Shown: one piece after another, positions 36,901 through 49,000 of the stretch
Numbering within the stretch: position 1 is the stretch's first letter
How the letters are laid out: each line of letters begins with the position of its first letter
Source of the DNA: Nemertoderma westbladi
Taxonomy: Eukaryota > Animalia > Xenacoelomorpha
Reading direction: 5' to 3'
Assembly: GCA_032718475.1 (NCBI GenBank)
Contig: JAUCBJ010001398.1
Span: 62,001 to 126,000, forward strand
Length of the DNA: 64,000 bases
Translations under genes and position numbers: made by a program
Notes under the pieces: generated by a model
Database searches by the model: none
What the model was told of the DNA's origin: nothing
Seen by the model: the letters and a program-made list of their open reading frames with translations, nothing else

Positions 36901-38841
36901 GATGATATCGTAGTTGCGGAGTAGTAAGCTGCGAGACACTTTCTTATGAGACTCTTTTTTAATAAATCACATTATCCCTATTCTGAGGCCAAAGGGCCCC
37001 CCTTTCCCCCAGGATATACCATATCCCATTACAGCTGGGTGGACTGAAGCTAGGTCCATAGAGTTAACAGCTTTACTAAAAGTTGGCTGTTCCTTTTCTG
37101 GGGCTCGTACTCGCGACCTTCCGATTGGAAGACTGGCGTTCAAACCAGCTGGACAACATAATCTTTTAATTATGTACTGTTTACTGCCTGAACACAAGTA
37201 CACCTGTCACAACCAAATTATAAAATTATCATCTCCAGTTAATTATGAATGTTAATTATTATGTTTAAGGTGTGATTCTCCTGCCGCGGATATTAGTTCC
37301 AGTGGAGTGGCAATCTCATTGGAGGTTGCTAGGATACTAGCAACTGGGGAGCCACCCAATGTGACTGTAGTGTTTGTAGCATTGGATGGCGCTGGCCGTT
37401 CAGCCAATGAGAGTTCGTTTTATTTTACAAACGATTGGTTGCCTAGATACACGGATGGGTTTACTTACCGACCCCGAATCTACGGAACTTACTTCCTGGG
37501 ACCACTGCTGAATGTTGATGATAAAATGGCTTCTCAAAATATTCCGGATGATCTTTTATATGTATGTATATATCTACAGTCTCGCATTGTTACTATTGAT
37601 AATATTGTTACTAGTTTATTAGAGACAGCGGGGATGGGGAGGGGGGGGGGGGGGGGGGGGGGGGGCTATATTGACACAAATCCAGGTTACAGTACAATTT
37701 TTTGTTAAGATTAGCTGTTATTGGCGTCGATTTTCCACTGGAGAGGAAACTTCATTTTCCACTTCATCACAATCGTCAACCCCCCCCCCCCCCACCTCCC
37801 CTTCACAATCTTTTACATTAACACAATAAAAGATATATGCCCTATGTTCCTTTTAATATATATCTCAATAAATATAATTGATACTTTACTTTCATAGCTC
37901 CTACATAGCGATGGCTCCATCGATAATACAATATCCGGGATGAAAGGAAACTTTCTGGCAACTATTAGTCGCTATAACGATTACACTCTACTCAACAATC
38001 TCATAACTAACTATAATCCAACTACATCCTACCCTACCGTGGAATTCCAAATATCTGGTTCTTCTGCCTCCGTATCCATGGTAACGTTGCATTTGCCTGA
38101 GGTGGCACCGTTCTGGAACTTTGTTTCAGATAATAATGGAGGGGAATTATTTCACAACGCTGTTTATCTCACCGATACAGGTAGAGGCCTATTGTTTGTA
38201 AGCAGTTGTTGTGATGGTCCAGCATAGAGTTGGGTTATTAACACAGAAAGGTGATAATTAACAGTGTGCAAAAAGTTGTGTTTCATTTTTATTCAAATTT
38301 AAATACAAATTATAAATGGTTTACCGTATCCACATTTCTCCCTTACGGGAGTCTTCAGCGTTGTTATTATATTAAAAACGTATATAAAGGCAATTTAATT
38401 AAAATAAAATAAAATCTGCTCAGAGACCGGTAAGTCAAGTACGTAGAACTGTATATATGTACGCAGACGGAAAGGTCTCCCTTATTGTCTCCATGCTCGG
38501 AGTCCCAACAACCTAAATATAATTTTTGTGATTTATAATATTATGCATATTACTTACAGCTTAATTTCTTGACTTTTGTAATATTTTTTACAGGACATTT
38601 GCGAGGTTATATGGCAGATTGTTATCTGAAACGTTGCGACAACACGACCCATATAACAGAATACCGTCTGGAGTTTATGTTGAAAGTAACGCGGAGTTTA
38701 GTGGGGGTAGTTAGAGATATGTTACCGCAACCGGTGCTGACGCCAAATTACTCCACTACATCAAACGGATTTCCTAAAAGCTCGTTAAACTTTCTACAAT
38801 CCTATACGTTAATGCTGACCATTCTTTACATAACAACTTAA
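24986..38841 (+). CDS. Tandem two-domain M28 (Zn aminopeptidase-like) protein: intact domain plus pseudo-peptidase domain, N-terminal signal, probable GPI signal
   Basis: Exons 24986-25061, 25253-25476, 25975-26113, 28360-28479, 29102-29235, 29400-29589, 29999-30121, 33597-33685, 35041-35259, 36218-36357, 37270-37561, 37898-38180, 38594-38841 join in frame through GT/AG sites (2277 nt). Domain 1 motifs: NIIAVLPG, SAHYD, GVDDDGSG, AFDHEEDGLIGS, RSDH, CYH. The first exon is less certain. Confidence 0.82.
26595..28331. repeat. 20-bp minisatellite (AGTCTAACTCATGGATTGGA, ~87 copies) in M28 gene intron 3
   Basis: Perfect 20-bp periodicity with only sporadic point variants; ends ~28 nt upstream of the exon at 28360. 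Confidence 0.98.
29615..29740. repeat. 39-bp tandem repeat x3
   Basis: TATTTGTTTTTGTTTACAATCTTTTCCATTTATTGTTGT repeated just after the exon 6 donor. Confidence 0.8.
30974..33274 (-). CDS. MARVEL-domain (CMTM/MAL/plasmolipin-like) four-TM protein nested antisense in M28 gene intron 7
   Basis: Exons 33274-32993, 32136-32011 and 31234-30974 are all phase 0 (222 aa). TICGVAKFFEFVMDIISIIC and IYVADACFTFR resemble MARVEL TM1 and TM4; four hydrophobic segments. Confidence 0.75.
32622..32951. mobile_element. ~325-bp non-autonomous element with imperfect terminal inverted repeats, copy 1
   Basis: GTGGGG..CACGAAGTGAGC..CCTTAGCATAT start is the reverse complement of the ATATGCTAAGG..GCTCACTTCGTG..CCCCAC end. 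A similar copy lies at 34186. Confidence 0.7.
33668..33747 (+). repeat. 40-bp tandem duplication of exon end plus 5' splice site
   Basis: CTCAATAAAGTGACACAG|GTCAGTGACCCTCTAATAA occurs at 33668 and 33708. Confidence 0.9.
34186..34511. mobile_element. ~325-bp non-autonomous element, copy 2 (same orientation as copy 1)
   Basis: Aligns by eye along its whole length with 32622-32951. Confidence 0.7.
35490..35612 (-). mobile_element. LINE reverse-transcriptase fragment
   Basis: Minus strand reads VTDLDFADDLSLMPES (FADD motif). Confidence 0.55.
35701..35776 (+). mobile_element. tRNA-derived SINE head / pseudo-tRNA
   Basis: A-box-like GTTGTAATGG and B-box GGTTCGATCCC, without a proper cloverleaf. 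Confidence 0.45.
36960..37150 (-). mobile_element. tRNA-derived SINE remnant
   Basis: Minus strand has a degenerate tRNA head (GGAAGGTCGCGAGTACGAGCCCC) followed by GTCCACCCAGCTGTAATGGG, a typical SINE central-domain motif. Confidence 0.5.
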
Positions 38842-38972
38842 GCGGCTATGTGTTTTAATTTAATTTAATATCTAATATATAATCTAAATTTAATTATAAC
38901 GTAAATTTATTTCAATATATTGCAAATATCATAATTATAAATTAAGAATTAATGTAAATTATTTTAAATTGT

Positions 38973-41604
38973 GCAGTGGTCTGTGATTGGTTGAGCCCCG
39001 CAGTGGGCTATGATTGGTTGGGCCCTACAGTGGGCTGTGATTGGTTGAGCACTGCAGTAGGCTGTGATTGGTTGGGCCCAGCAGTGGGCTGTGATTGGTT
39101 GTGCCCAGCAGTGGGCTGTGATTGGTTGAGCACTGCAGTAGGCTTTGATTGGTTGAGCCCAGCAGTGGGCTATGATTGGTTGGACCCCGCAGTGGGCTGT
39201 GATTGGTTGGGCCCAGCAGTGGGCTGTGATTGGTTGAGCACTGCAGTAGGCTGTGATTGGTTGGGCCCTACAGTGGGCTGTGATTGGTTGAGCACTGCAG
39301 TAGGCTGTGATTGGTTGGGCCCAGCAGTGGGCTGTGATTGGTTGAGCACTGCAGTAGGCTGTGATTGGTTGGGCCCAGCAGTGGGCTGTGATTGGTATAG
39401 CACTGCAGTAGGCTTTGATTGGTTGAGCCCAGCAGTGGGCTATGACTGGTTGGGCCCCGCAGTGGGCTGTGATTGGTTGGGCCCAGCAGTGGGCTGTGAT
39501 TGGTTGAGCACTGCAGTAGGCTGTGATTGGTTGGGCCCTACAGTGGGCTGTGATTGGTTGAGCACTGCAGTAGGCTGTGATTGGTTGGGCCCAGCAGTGG
39601 GCTGTGATTGGTTGAGCACTGCAGTACGCTGTGATTGGTTGGGCCCAGCAGTGGGCTGTGATTGCTTGAGCACTGCAGTAGGCTGTGATTGGTTGGGCCC
39701 AGCAGTGGGCTATGATTGGTTGAGCACTGCAGTAGGCTATGATTGATTGGGCCCCGCAGTGGGCTGTGATTGGTTGGGCCCCGCAGTGGGCTGTGATTGG
39801 TTGGGCCCAGCAGTGCGCTGTGATTGGTTGAGCACTGCAGTAGGCTGTGATTGGTTGGGCCCTACAGTGGGCTGTGATTGGTTGAGCACTGCAGTAGGCT
39901 GTGATTGGTTGGGCCCAGCAGTGGGCTGTGATTGGTTGAGCACTGCAGTAGGCTATGATTGATTGGGCCCCGCAGTGGGCTGTGATTGGTTGAGCACTGC
40001 TGTAGGCAGTGATTGGATGGGCCCAGCGGTGGGCTGTGATTGGTTGAGCACTGCAGTAGGCTGTGATTGTTTGGGCCCAGCAGTGGGCTGTGATTGGTTG
40101 AGCACTGTGAGCGTATTCAATTCCGCCTTACCAACCCCCATAAAGTGGGAAAGCAGGGCCTTTAAGCAATATTGGGAAGCACGAGGTTGATTGCCAATCA
40201 ACCTCATACCACCCCCAATAAACGGGGACGACAAACCCCAAAGGGCCTCACACAATAGAGGTTAGAGGTCAAGCTACCTCAAGGAGAGAGAGTAACAGCA
40301 GCGGGGGGGGGGGGGGGGGGGGGAACACTCCCACAAAGTTCAGGGCGAGAATTAGGTTACTAGCCAATGGGGGAACAGCAGGGCATCAGCTGAGTAACAC
40401 GGCCAAAGGTAGTGTAGTATATTACCGGTCGGTGTTATTCAGTCACTCAGTTATCTCAGTACAGTCATGGCAGTACGGTGACAGTTTAAGACGTCACCGC
40501 CGTCACCGCCGTCACCCATATTACCGGTCTATTAACATAACCAGTTGCTATCTGCTATTGTATTTACATCTGTACATCACATATATATCTATATTATTAA
40601 GAACGTCGGAACAACAAATTCCCTTTCCATCACACGGTGCGGCTGACGCGTACATAAACAACACCGGTCGGGATTCTCGGATCCCGTCACAAGCACTGCA
40701 GTAGGCTGTGATTGGTTGGGCCCCGCAGTAGGCTGTGATTGGTTGTGTCACTGCAGTAGGCTGTGATTGGTTGGGCCCGCAGTGGGCTATGATTGGTTGG
40801 GCCCCGCTGTGGGCTGTGATTGGTTGAGCACTGCTGTAGGCTGTGATTGGTTGGGCCTCGCAGTGGGCTGTGATTAGTTGAGCAATGCTGTAGGCTGTGA
40901 TTGGTTGGGCCCCGCAGTGGGCTGTGATTGGCTGAGCACTGCTGTAGGCTGTGATTGGTTGGACCCCGCAGTGGGCTGTGATTGGTTGAGCACTGCTGTA
41001 GGCTGTGATTGGTTGGGCCCAGCAGTGGGCTGTGAATGGTTGAGCACTGCAGTAGGCTGTGATTGGTTGGGCCCAGCAGTGGGCTATGATTGGTTGGGCC
41101 CGCAGTGGGCTGTGATTGGTTGGGCACTGCTGTAGGCTGTGATTGTTTGGGCCCAGCAGTGGGCTGTGATTGGTTGAGCACTGCAGTAGGCTGTGATTGG
41201 TTGGACCCAGCAGTGGTCTGTGATTGGTTGAGCCCTGCAGTAGGCTGTGATTGGTTGGGCCCAGCAGTGGGCTGTGATTGGTTGATCACTGCAGTAGGCT
41301 GTGATTGGTTGGGCCCAGCCGTGGGCTGTGATTGGTTGAGCACTGTAGTAGGCTGTGATTGGTTGGGCCCAGCAGTGGGCTGTGATTGGTTGAGCACTTC
41401 AGTAGGCTGTGATTAGTTGGGCCCAGCAGTGGGCTGTGATTGGTTGAGCACTGTAGTAGGCTGTGATTGGTTGGGCCTAGCAGTGGGCTGTGATTGGTTG
41501 AGCACTGCTGTAGGCTGTGATTGGTTGGGCCCAGCAGTGGGCTGTGATTGGTTGAGCACTGCAGTAGGCTGTGATTGGTTGGGCCCAGCAGTGGGCTGTG
41601 ACTG
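38973..41604. repeat. 27-bp minisatellite (GCAGTGGGCTGTGATTGGTTGGGCCCA), often a 54-bp dimer, interrupted by a solo LTR
   Basis: Alternating GGGCCCAGCAGTGG and GAGCACTGCAGTAG units, each with GATTGG. Confidence 0.97.
40106..40691. mobile_element. Solo LTR (586 bp)
   Basis: TGTGA...TCACA termini, with 5-bp TSD AGCAC at 40101-40105 and 40692-40696. Confidence 0.8.
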
Positions 41605-42123
41605 AATTTGTAGTGAACTTTCTCTTAAGATTGAATTTTCATGGGAAAAAGTTCGCTGTAGATCGAATTTTCCGCTCAACCTTTACATTTAATTGCCAAA
41701 TTATATATCCTACACATTTCCCTTCATAGGATTAAGTGTATTATTGTTCAATGTGCTGAACCTGGTCGTTTAGGATGAGTAGCCGCACAAAGGTGAGTAA
41801 TGAAGACACTTCCAGTAATAACCGTTAAGAATGATAAATTGGGGGGAGCTTTTATGGATGTAACTGTGTAAGAAGCTGGTATTTCAGTATCCAAATAAAT
41901 TTTAGTGTTTTTCAATCCTATGTACATCCAACTCCGTATGTACGAGATTTATTAATGACAAATTTCTTATTAGGCCCTCTATATCAGTATATAATTCCAT
42001 AAATATCTTATATATGACGTTGAATTGTATCTTGGTATTTTTCACCACTTTGGATCGCTGATATCCATTCGCATATAAGAACGGATTTAGTTTAAATTTA
42101 AGTTGTTTTTTTCTAAAGGTTGT

Positions 42124-43589
42124 TTAAAATGCGGTTGTTGTTGCATGAGTGAAAGCAGCCTCAATGATTGTTGTATCTGCCGATGTTGAGGAGGTTATTA
42201 CATAGTTATCTGACGTTTTTAAAGAATAGGAAGTGGCAGTTGTTGTTGATTCTGATGTTTTTGAAAGACCAGCAACAGTTGATGTTGTATCTGATGATTT
42301 TATAGAAGCAGCAGCTGTGGGTGTTCCATCTAATGATTTTTTATAAGCTACATCAATGGTCGCTGCATCTGGCGATTTTGAAGAAATTGCTACAGCCCTG
42401 GATGTTGTATGTGATGATTTTGTAGAAGCAGCAGCTGTGGGTGTTCCATCTAGTGATTTTTTATAAGCTACATCAATGGTTGCTGCATCTGGCGATTTTG
42501 AAGAAATTGCTACAGCCGTGGATGTTGTATGTGATGATTTTGTAGAAGCAGCAGCTGTGGGTGTTCCATCTAGTGATTTTTTATAAGCTACATCAATGGT
42601 TGCTGCTTCTGGCGATTTTGAAGAAATTGCTACAGCCGTGGATGTTGTATGTGATGATTTTGTAGAAGCAGCAGCTGTGGGTGTTCCATCTAGTAATTTT
42701 TTATAAACTACAGCAATGGTTGCTGCTTCTGGCGATTTTGAAGAAATTGCTACAGCCGTGGATGTTGTATGTGATGATTTTGTAGTAGCAGCAGCTGTGG
42801 GTGTTCCATCTAGTGATTTTTTATAAGCTACATCAATGGTTGCTGCTTCTGGCGATTTTGAAGAAATTGCTACAGCCGTGGATGTTGTATGTGATGATTT
42901 TGTAGAAGCAGCAGCTGTGGGTGTTCCATCTAGTGATTTTTTATAAGCTACATCAATGGTCGCTGCATCTGGCGATTTTGAAGAAATTGCTACAGCCGTG
43001 GATGTTGTATGTGATGATTTTGCAGAAGTGGCTCTGGTCGTGGTTACTGAATCTGATGATTTAATAGAAACGACAGCAGCAAAGGTTCTGGTATTTGACG
43101 ATTTCTTAGAGTCGGCAGTGACAGCAGCAGTGTGTGTTGGGTCTGATGATTTTTTAGAGCCGGCAGTGGTTATATCTTCTGGTGGTTCTGTAATATCGAC
43201 GGTACTGGTAGATGACAGGAGTTTTTCAATAAATAGCAGCGGCAGTGGTTGTTGTGTCTGATGATTTAGTGGAATAGGTAAATTATATTGCCGTTTTGCA
43301 ATAACAGGTGGGGGTTCTGCACCTGTTTTAGATGGATTTTCCTTCTCTGATTCTGGTTCTGCACCTGTTTTAGATGGATTTTCCTTCTCTGATTCTGGTT
43401 CTGCACCTGTTTTAGATGGATTTTCCTTCTCTGATTCTGGTTCTGCACCTGTTTTAGGTGGATTATTATTTTCTGATTCTGGTTCTGCACCTGGCTTAGG
43501 TGGATTTTCCTTCTCTGATTCTGGTTCTGCACCTGGCTTAGGTGGATTTTCCTTCTCTGATTCTGGTTCTGCACCTGGTATATCGTCAC
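42124..43589 (-). CDS. Mucin-like Ser/Thr/Pro-rich exon with 14-aa and 40-aa tandem repeats
   Basis: Long open frame; acceptor atgcag|GT GAC; GAEPESEKENPxK repeats (42 bp) and about six 120-bp STKSSHTTSTAVAISSKSP... repeats. Confidence 0.6.
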
Positions 43590-43883
43590 CTGCATATATT
43601 AAGATCACTTTAAACAAAACAGTACCCGATTAGTATAAAAGTACCGGTAATCCATATGTTTACAGCCCAAATCATTGATAAGGCGAAATAAGGCTATATT
43701 TTGACTATATGTGCCTATTAAACATTACGCGAAGATTTACATTGAATAATTTATTGCACATATAAACAGCCGTATATTTATTATCATACCTATTATTATT
43801 ATACAGTACTATTTATTATTATTTAGGAATTATTTATATAGAATAATTATTATTCTTGACTTGCATTTTATATTTTAGTACAG

Positions 43884-46075
43884 TCAGCCTACGTAAAAAG
43901 GGTCGGCATGGTGTAGGGTGTGGAGGAGGGCAGTGAAATTGCTGATGAGTTCAGGGATGGTGTTGCCACCACAATAGATGTCATCGGCGAGTTTGACAAC
44001 AGAGCCCTGGACGAGAAGATCGCCGAGGACGCGAGACATTTTACTACTCGAGGGCAGTCTCGCTGCCGGGCATGCCCATGGCACAGCAGCGGTAGACGCG
44101 AACGCCATTAAATGGCGTAGATACGCCGCAGAAACGCATGGAGTTGCGGTGGAGGGGAATCTGATAAAAGTTGCTGGTGAGGTCCGCCTTAACGAGAAGC
44201 TTGAACCGGCCAAGGGCTCGAATGGTGGATTCATCATCTGAGAGGAGTGCGATTTGTGGTTTACAATATTGGGCAATCTATGTGAATGTGGAGACAAGCC
44301 GAGTTCCTCCGTTGGGCTTGGCGATGAGAAAGCTGGGGTTCAGATACTCTACATTGACACCGGCAGCTCCAGACGAATGAAGACGCCAAGGTGCTCAAGC
44401 AAATTGAACTTCTCCTGTGGTTCGACGAGAAGATTGCGGGAGTATTGTGGGACGCTACCTTTACATTGGGGTGGCAATGTAGGGGTAACATTAACAACCG
44501 CTTCGAATGGACTGACAGATCCGTTGTATCCGGAATATGCGGGGTCGAAGACGTCAGAGAACTCCTCAAGTAGATCGTGGAAGGAAGCATGCTTGCGGTA
44601 GGAGAGAATGCCCTGAGGGTCAATCTGGACTTCCTTGATTGGCGGGAGAGACTGGGTGGGCTGGGGGTGAATGGCTGCGGAGCGGATTTCGGGGCAGGGT
44701 AAGGACTGATAAAGTTGTTGCGTGGGAGTGGCTGTGGTGGGCAGTGTGGTGCAGACATGGGAGTTGCGTTGGATGAAGACAGGGTAGGGAGCAGAGTTAG
44801 GAATGGAAATGGAACCATCCATCGGTTGGAGCTGCATTGGCAGCGGGTGGACTGGCGACGGAGCTCTCATCATCTTCCGGTTGTTCGTTTGAAACGTCGT
44901 CAGTGTTGCACTCGACGTGGACGAGATGGGCCCTTGAAATAAAACGCTTGTCAGCAGGGGGAAGGAAGGGACACGCGCTGAGAAAGTGGTTGATGGGAGT
45001 GCACTTAGTCTGGGAGCAGAGGGGACACGGTGAACAGGACGAGATGCCCGTGGGCGGTGGAATTAGGACCGAAACCTGATGAGGTAGAAGGGATCCTACG
45101 ATCATTCTTCCGCGAGAAGGTACATTCTTCCGCGGCAGTGTGGAGCTCGTTGAGAAGAGATGACAGCGCCTGGGAGATCTCGGGTTTGATGCTAGCCAGT
45201 GTACAGGATCGGAGTTCGGTGCCGTATCGCTGCTGAACTAAGCGAGGGAGGTCTGGGTGGATAAGACGGACGGAAGAGTACAACGAAGTTCTCGAGAGAT
45301 GGAGACAACTCCTCGTCATCGTCGGGCAGAATCCCATGGTGGGAGATACAGCCATCCAGCCGGAGTAAGTTGTCGTCAACGAATCGGCAGCTAACAGCTG
45401 GAAGAGGTCTTCGGGGCGTTCCTCGTGGAGAAGGGAGATCTCGGAGAAGGAGAGGAAATGGGCTCCAGTTGCCTGGAAGCCATAATGCAGGTGGATGGCC
45501 TACCATATGGAGGGCAATGAAGTGGAGTCCCGTATGATCGAGTTACATGCGATAACGGGGCTGTAATTGGCGACCTGGTCGAGCATAAGCTCCAGCACCA
45601 TAGTCTTTTGAAGGGCGGTACGGCGATCTGCTGGAGCAACGGTGTTTGGCGAAACCGTAAACCAGTACAGCGCGGGTATGGTGCAACCAGGTGGCGCCCA
45701 GGGTTGTAAATGGTGCAAACTGGGGTTGGAGCGCAAGTGAATAAGTTAGATTGTTGCGCCATACTTCAAAGGAATTGACCGTCTCTGACTTGCTGAGTGG
45801 AACCAGTTTGGGGGGCTTCAGAGGGCTGTTAAATGCCATGGTCAGATGGTACCAGTAAGTAGGTAGCAGATGTAGAGGCTGAGTGGTGGTTGTAGTAACT
45901 TGAGGAATGGGAAGCGAAGCACACGGTGACACCACGCCAGAAGTAAGGAAGCCACGCAATGAGCGAAGTGAATGAAGTGTGGTAAGTGAGCGACAAGTAT
46001 AATAACCACTTATTATAGAGCGCAATATATATCAAACGCAAAGCAGGCAGGTAAATACAACAACATACCAGTATT
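43884..46075 (-). mobile_element. Decayed, 3'-truncated Ty3/Gypsy-like LTR retrotransposon (gag, partial pol)
   Basis: GC-rich island. Gag-like MAFNSPLKPPKLVPLSKSETVNSFEVWRNNL, zinc knuckle CPLC...HFLSAC, RT-like [12 protein letters not shown]. Many frameshifts; TGGTACCA PBS-like site before the ATG. Confidence 0.75.
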
Positions 46076-46234
46076 CAGCTCACGGCTGTAGATCACTATG
46101 GTACTGTAGTGCAGTATAGTAATCACTAAGCCAACTCGTATACGGTCAGGCTCACATACAGACGAACAGGGCCTAAACCGGCTGGCCCAAAGCCTATAAT
46201 GTGGCTCAACTTCAATGTCCCGATTTCCGATTGG

Positions 46235-46395
46235 ATACAGCGCCTGGCTGCTTTCACAATAGTGTTTGATGGCGTAGGTTCAAATCCGAGTAAAGGCTGT
46301 AGAAATTTCACACCGTTGTTGTTGTTGTGTCCTTAGGCAAGACACTTTAGACATTAGTGCCGACGCCAACCCAGCAGTATAATGGGAACCTAACA
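46235..46395 (+). mobile_element. tRNA-derived SINE with conserved central domain
   Basis: B-box GGTTCAAATCC, then GTGTCCTTAGGCAAGACACTT and ACCCAGCAGTATAATGGG. Confidence 0.6.
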
Positions 46396-46944
46396 AATAT
46401 AAATGTATATTATTTATAATGTCAGGATTTTTCCCAAACGACGTAGATTTTCCATAGCAACAAGGTAAATAACTATTGGTGTGGTTTTTCCCAAATTTGA
46501 TGCATAAAAACTTTAGTCAACTTTCTGGCTATGAGCTTCGTCATAGTTACCAATAATTTAGTTTCCAGGTCAACAGAAATTTGTAACATACAATATTTTT
46601 ACAACATAATTTGTAAGATTTGTCAACAGACATTTTTAAAATCATTTTAGTTGGTACCTTTTAGGAGTTGGTACCTTTTAAGAGGCTTAAAAACACAAAC
46701 ATTTTTGCTCGAATCTAGGATGCCTATAATTTTAGTTTATTAAGCTAATAGTTAGTAATATAGTTAATAATTTATTATAGTAAATAATTGGATTGGTTAA
46801 TAAGTGATGTGAATGGTGATCGTGTGAAACTCAAAACACCGACAACTCTCTCTTGGCTCATACCTATAAGTTGGAGAATTACATATGGGAAATTCTCTGA
46901 ATACCGAAACTAATTTAATATCGACAATATGCGTATAATGTCTA

Positions 46945-47215
46945 CCTTGACGTGGTTAAATCCGTTGCCTTGATTTCACTTCCCTCTGGAGGTCGTGGGT
47001 GCGATCCTCGTATGGGGACCAGGGGAGTTTTCGTTTTGACACGAATGATTTAAATTGCTTTAAATTGCCTTAAATTGCATATTGCCTGTGCTTTGCATCC
47101 GTCGTAGCTAATTGAGTAGGTTTCCTCTTGGGAGTATAGTTCTGAGGGGGCCAGACTGGATAAGTCGTCAGATTTCGTGCGTAATTCCTACCCTAATGGC
47201 CGAATAAAACTTTTT
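46945..47215 (+). mobile_element. tRNA-derived SINE-like element
   Basis: CGTGGTTAA ... GGTCGTGGGTGCGATCCTC head and AATAAAAC tail. Confidence 0.45.
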
Positions 47216-47769
47216 ATTTATTTTTCTATTATTTTTTTAGGCCTACTTTTTGCCATTTCAGGATGACTTTATTATTTTAATTATTGTTGGATTATAAATG
47301 AGCTAGCTGACACTTTACATAGACAAAGCCTTCCAAGTAGCGATCAAGCAGTTTCCCTTTGCAATTGTCATTTAAAAATAATAAAAGATAATAAAAAAGG
47401 TAATAGAATGATACATACAGTAGGTCTAGTTTACGAACTTAGTTATTCCAAATAATTGTCTAAGAATTTATCCAGGTTTAAATTTTTGAACACATTAACA
47501 CTTTTCTTTGTCTACTTCGATTATAAAATAAAATAACAATAGTCTAATTGAACACATCTATAAAGGTGAAGTATTATAATTTATTACTTTATTGTATTTT
47601 TTAAGTGAAATCAAATATATTTCGATAATTTCAGTTTTTAAATACCCGTGTCTCGTTTTCTAAATTAACTCGCTGCGCTCGTAAATTAACATATTCGACT
47701 TCAAAAAATGAGAATAAAAATAAAGAGATTATGTACTGTATACTGTATAGAATAATGAATAACATTCAC

Positions 47770-47976
47770 CTGGACAAGTGCACGCTGTAGTTGTTAATTC
47801 TACTGTAGTTGTTTCTGGTTCCTCTTCCCGAAATCCAAATATATTAGTATCAACATATGAAACCGAAATGGTTAAGGGAATTAATATACAAAATAATAGC
47901 AATATTAATAATGTAAATATTATCAAGAATGTAATGAGACATTTTTTACGTAGTAATTCCGTTGGTGTTTTTTTTA
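47770..47976 (-). CDS. Transmembrane/signal-anchor exon, probably upstream exon of the mucin-like gene
   Basis: RKKCLITFLIIFTLLILLLFCILIPLTISV...TTTVELTTTACTCP G|gtgaat; the phase-1 donor matches the phase-1 acceptor at 43589. The 5' boundary is uncertain. Confidence 0.55.
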
Positions 47977-48419
47977 CTTCATGCAAAGGAAGGAATTTCG
48001 GTAATGTCCGGTTTGCGGTTCAGCACTATTAATTAGGGAATGTTTAAAAAAAAAAAAAATGTTTTTATTTATTGACCATGGCAAATTTCCACCCCCAGCC
48101 TGTTTTCTACTCGACTATGGGTTTTTAGAAGAAAGGAGCAAGTCACCTTGATAGTGTTTCTAACCAAAAATAAACTAAGTTCTCTTTTTATGTCTGTCCA
48201 CTTTCCCCTTTTGATAAATTTATCCTCTTAGTTACCAATATACCGGTACAAAGGGAACAATAATGCCCGATATTTGCAAGATTCCGTTGGTGAAGACCAT
48301 TAACCCTTTCTGTACCTGCTGGAAATTATTCAAACCCCCAAGTGCCCAACTCTAATTCATGAATTTCTGAAGTCTGTCAGTCTTTCTGTCAGTTTGTCTG
48401 TCAAGACTTTAGAAAGAAT

Positions 48420-49000
48420 AAAATCTACTAACATTCTCGCTATGGGGGTTTGCCTTGTCAAGGATTTTATTTCCTCTGTCAGTTTTTACTTTCGACCCTA
48501 TCCAGACTGTCTGTCGGTCTGGGTCTGTCTGTCGGTCTGTCTGTCAGTCTGTCCGTCAAAAGTATAAGGAATCACATTAGCTAATTAAAATTCTCGCTAT
48601 GGGGGTTCCTGGTCAAGGATTTCATTCCCGCTGTCAGTTTTCACTTTTGACCCTATCCAGACTGTCTGTCGGTCTGTCTGTCTGTCGGTCTGTCTGTCGG
48701 TCTGTCTGTCGGTCTGTCTGTCCGTCAAAAATATAAGGAATCACATTAGCTAATTAAAATTCTCTCTATGGGGGTTTTCCTGGTCAAGGATTTCATTTCC
48801 GCTGTCAGTTTTCACTTTTGACCCTATCCCGACTGTCTGTCGGTCTGTCTGTCGGTCTGTCTGTCCATCAAAAATATAAGGAATCACATCAGCTAATTAA
48901 AATTTTCTCTATGGGGGTTTTCCTGGTCAAGGATTTCATTTCCGCTGTCAGTTTTCACTTTTGACCCTATCCAGACTGTCTGTCGGTCAGTCTGTTTAGG
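48420..49000. repeat. ~140-bp tandem repeat x4 containing (CTGT/CGGT)n, from a dispersed element family
   Basis: ATTCTCGCTATGGGGGTT..GTCAAGGATTTCAT..CTGTCAGTTTT..GACCCTATCCAGACTGTCTGTC repeated. Related inverted copies at ~59255-59400 and ~60550-60670. Confidence 0.75.

Noticed and set aside
38976-41679. AVGCDWLGP / NQSQPTAGP repeat ORFs
   Set aside because: Stop-poor 27-bp satellite with scattered stops, indels and an LTR insertion.
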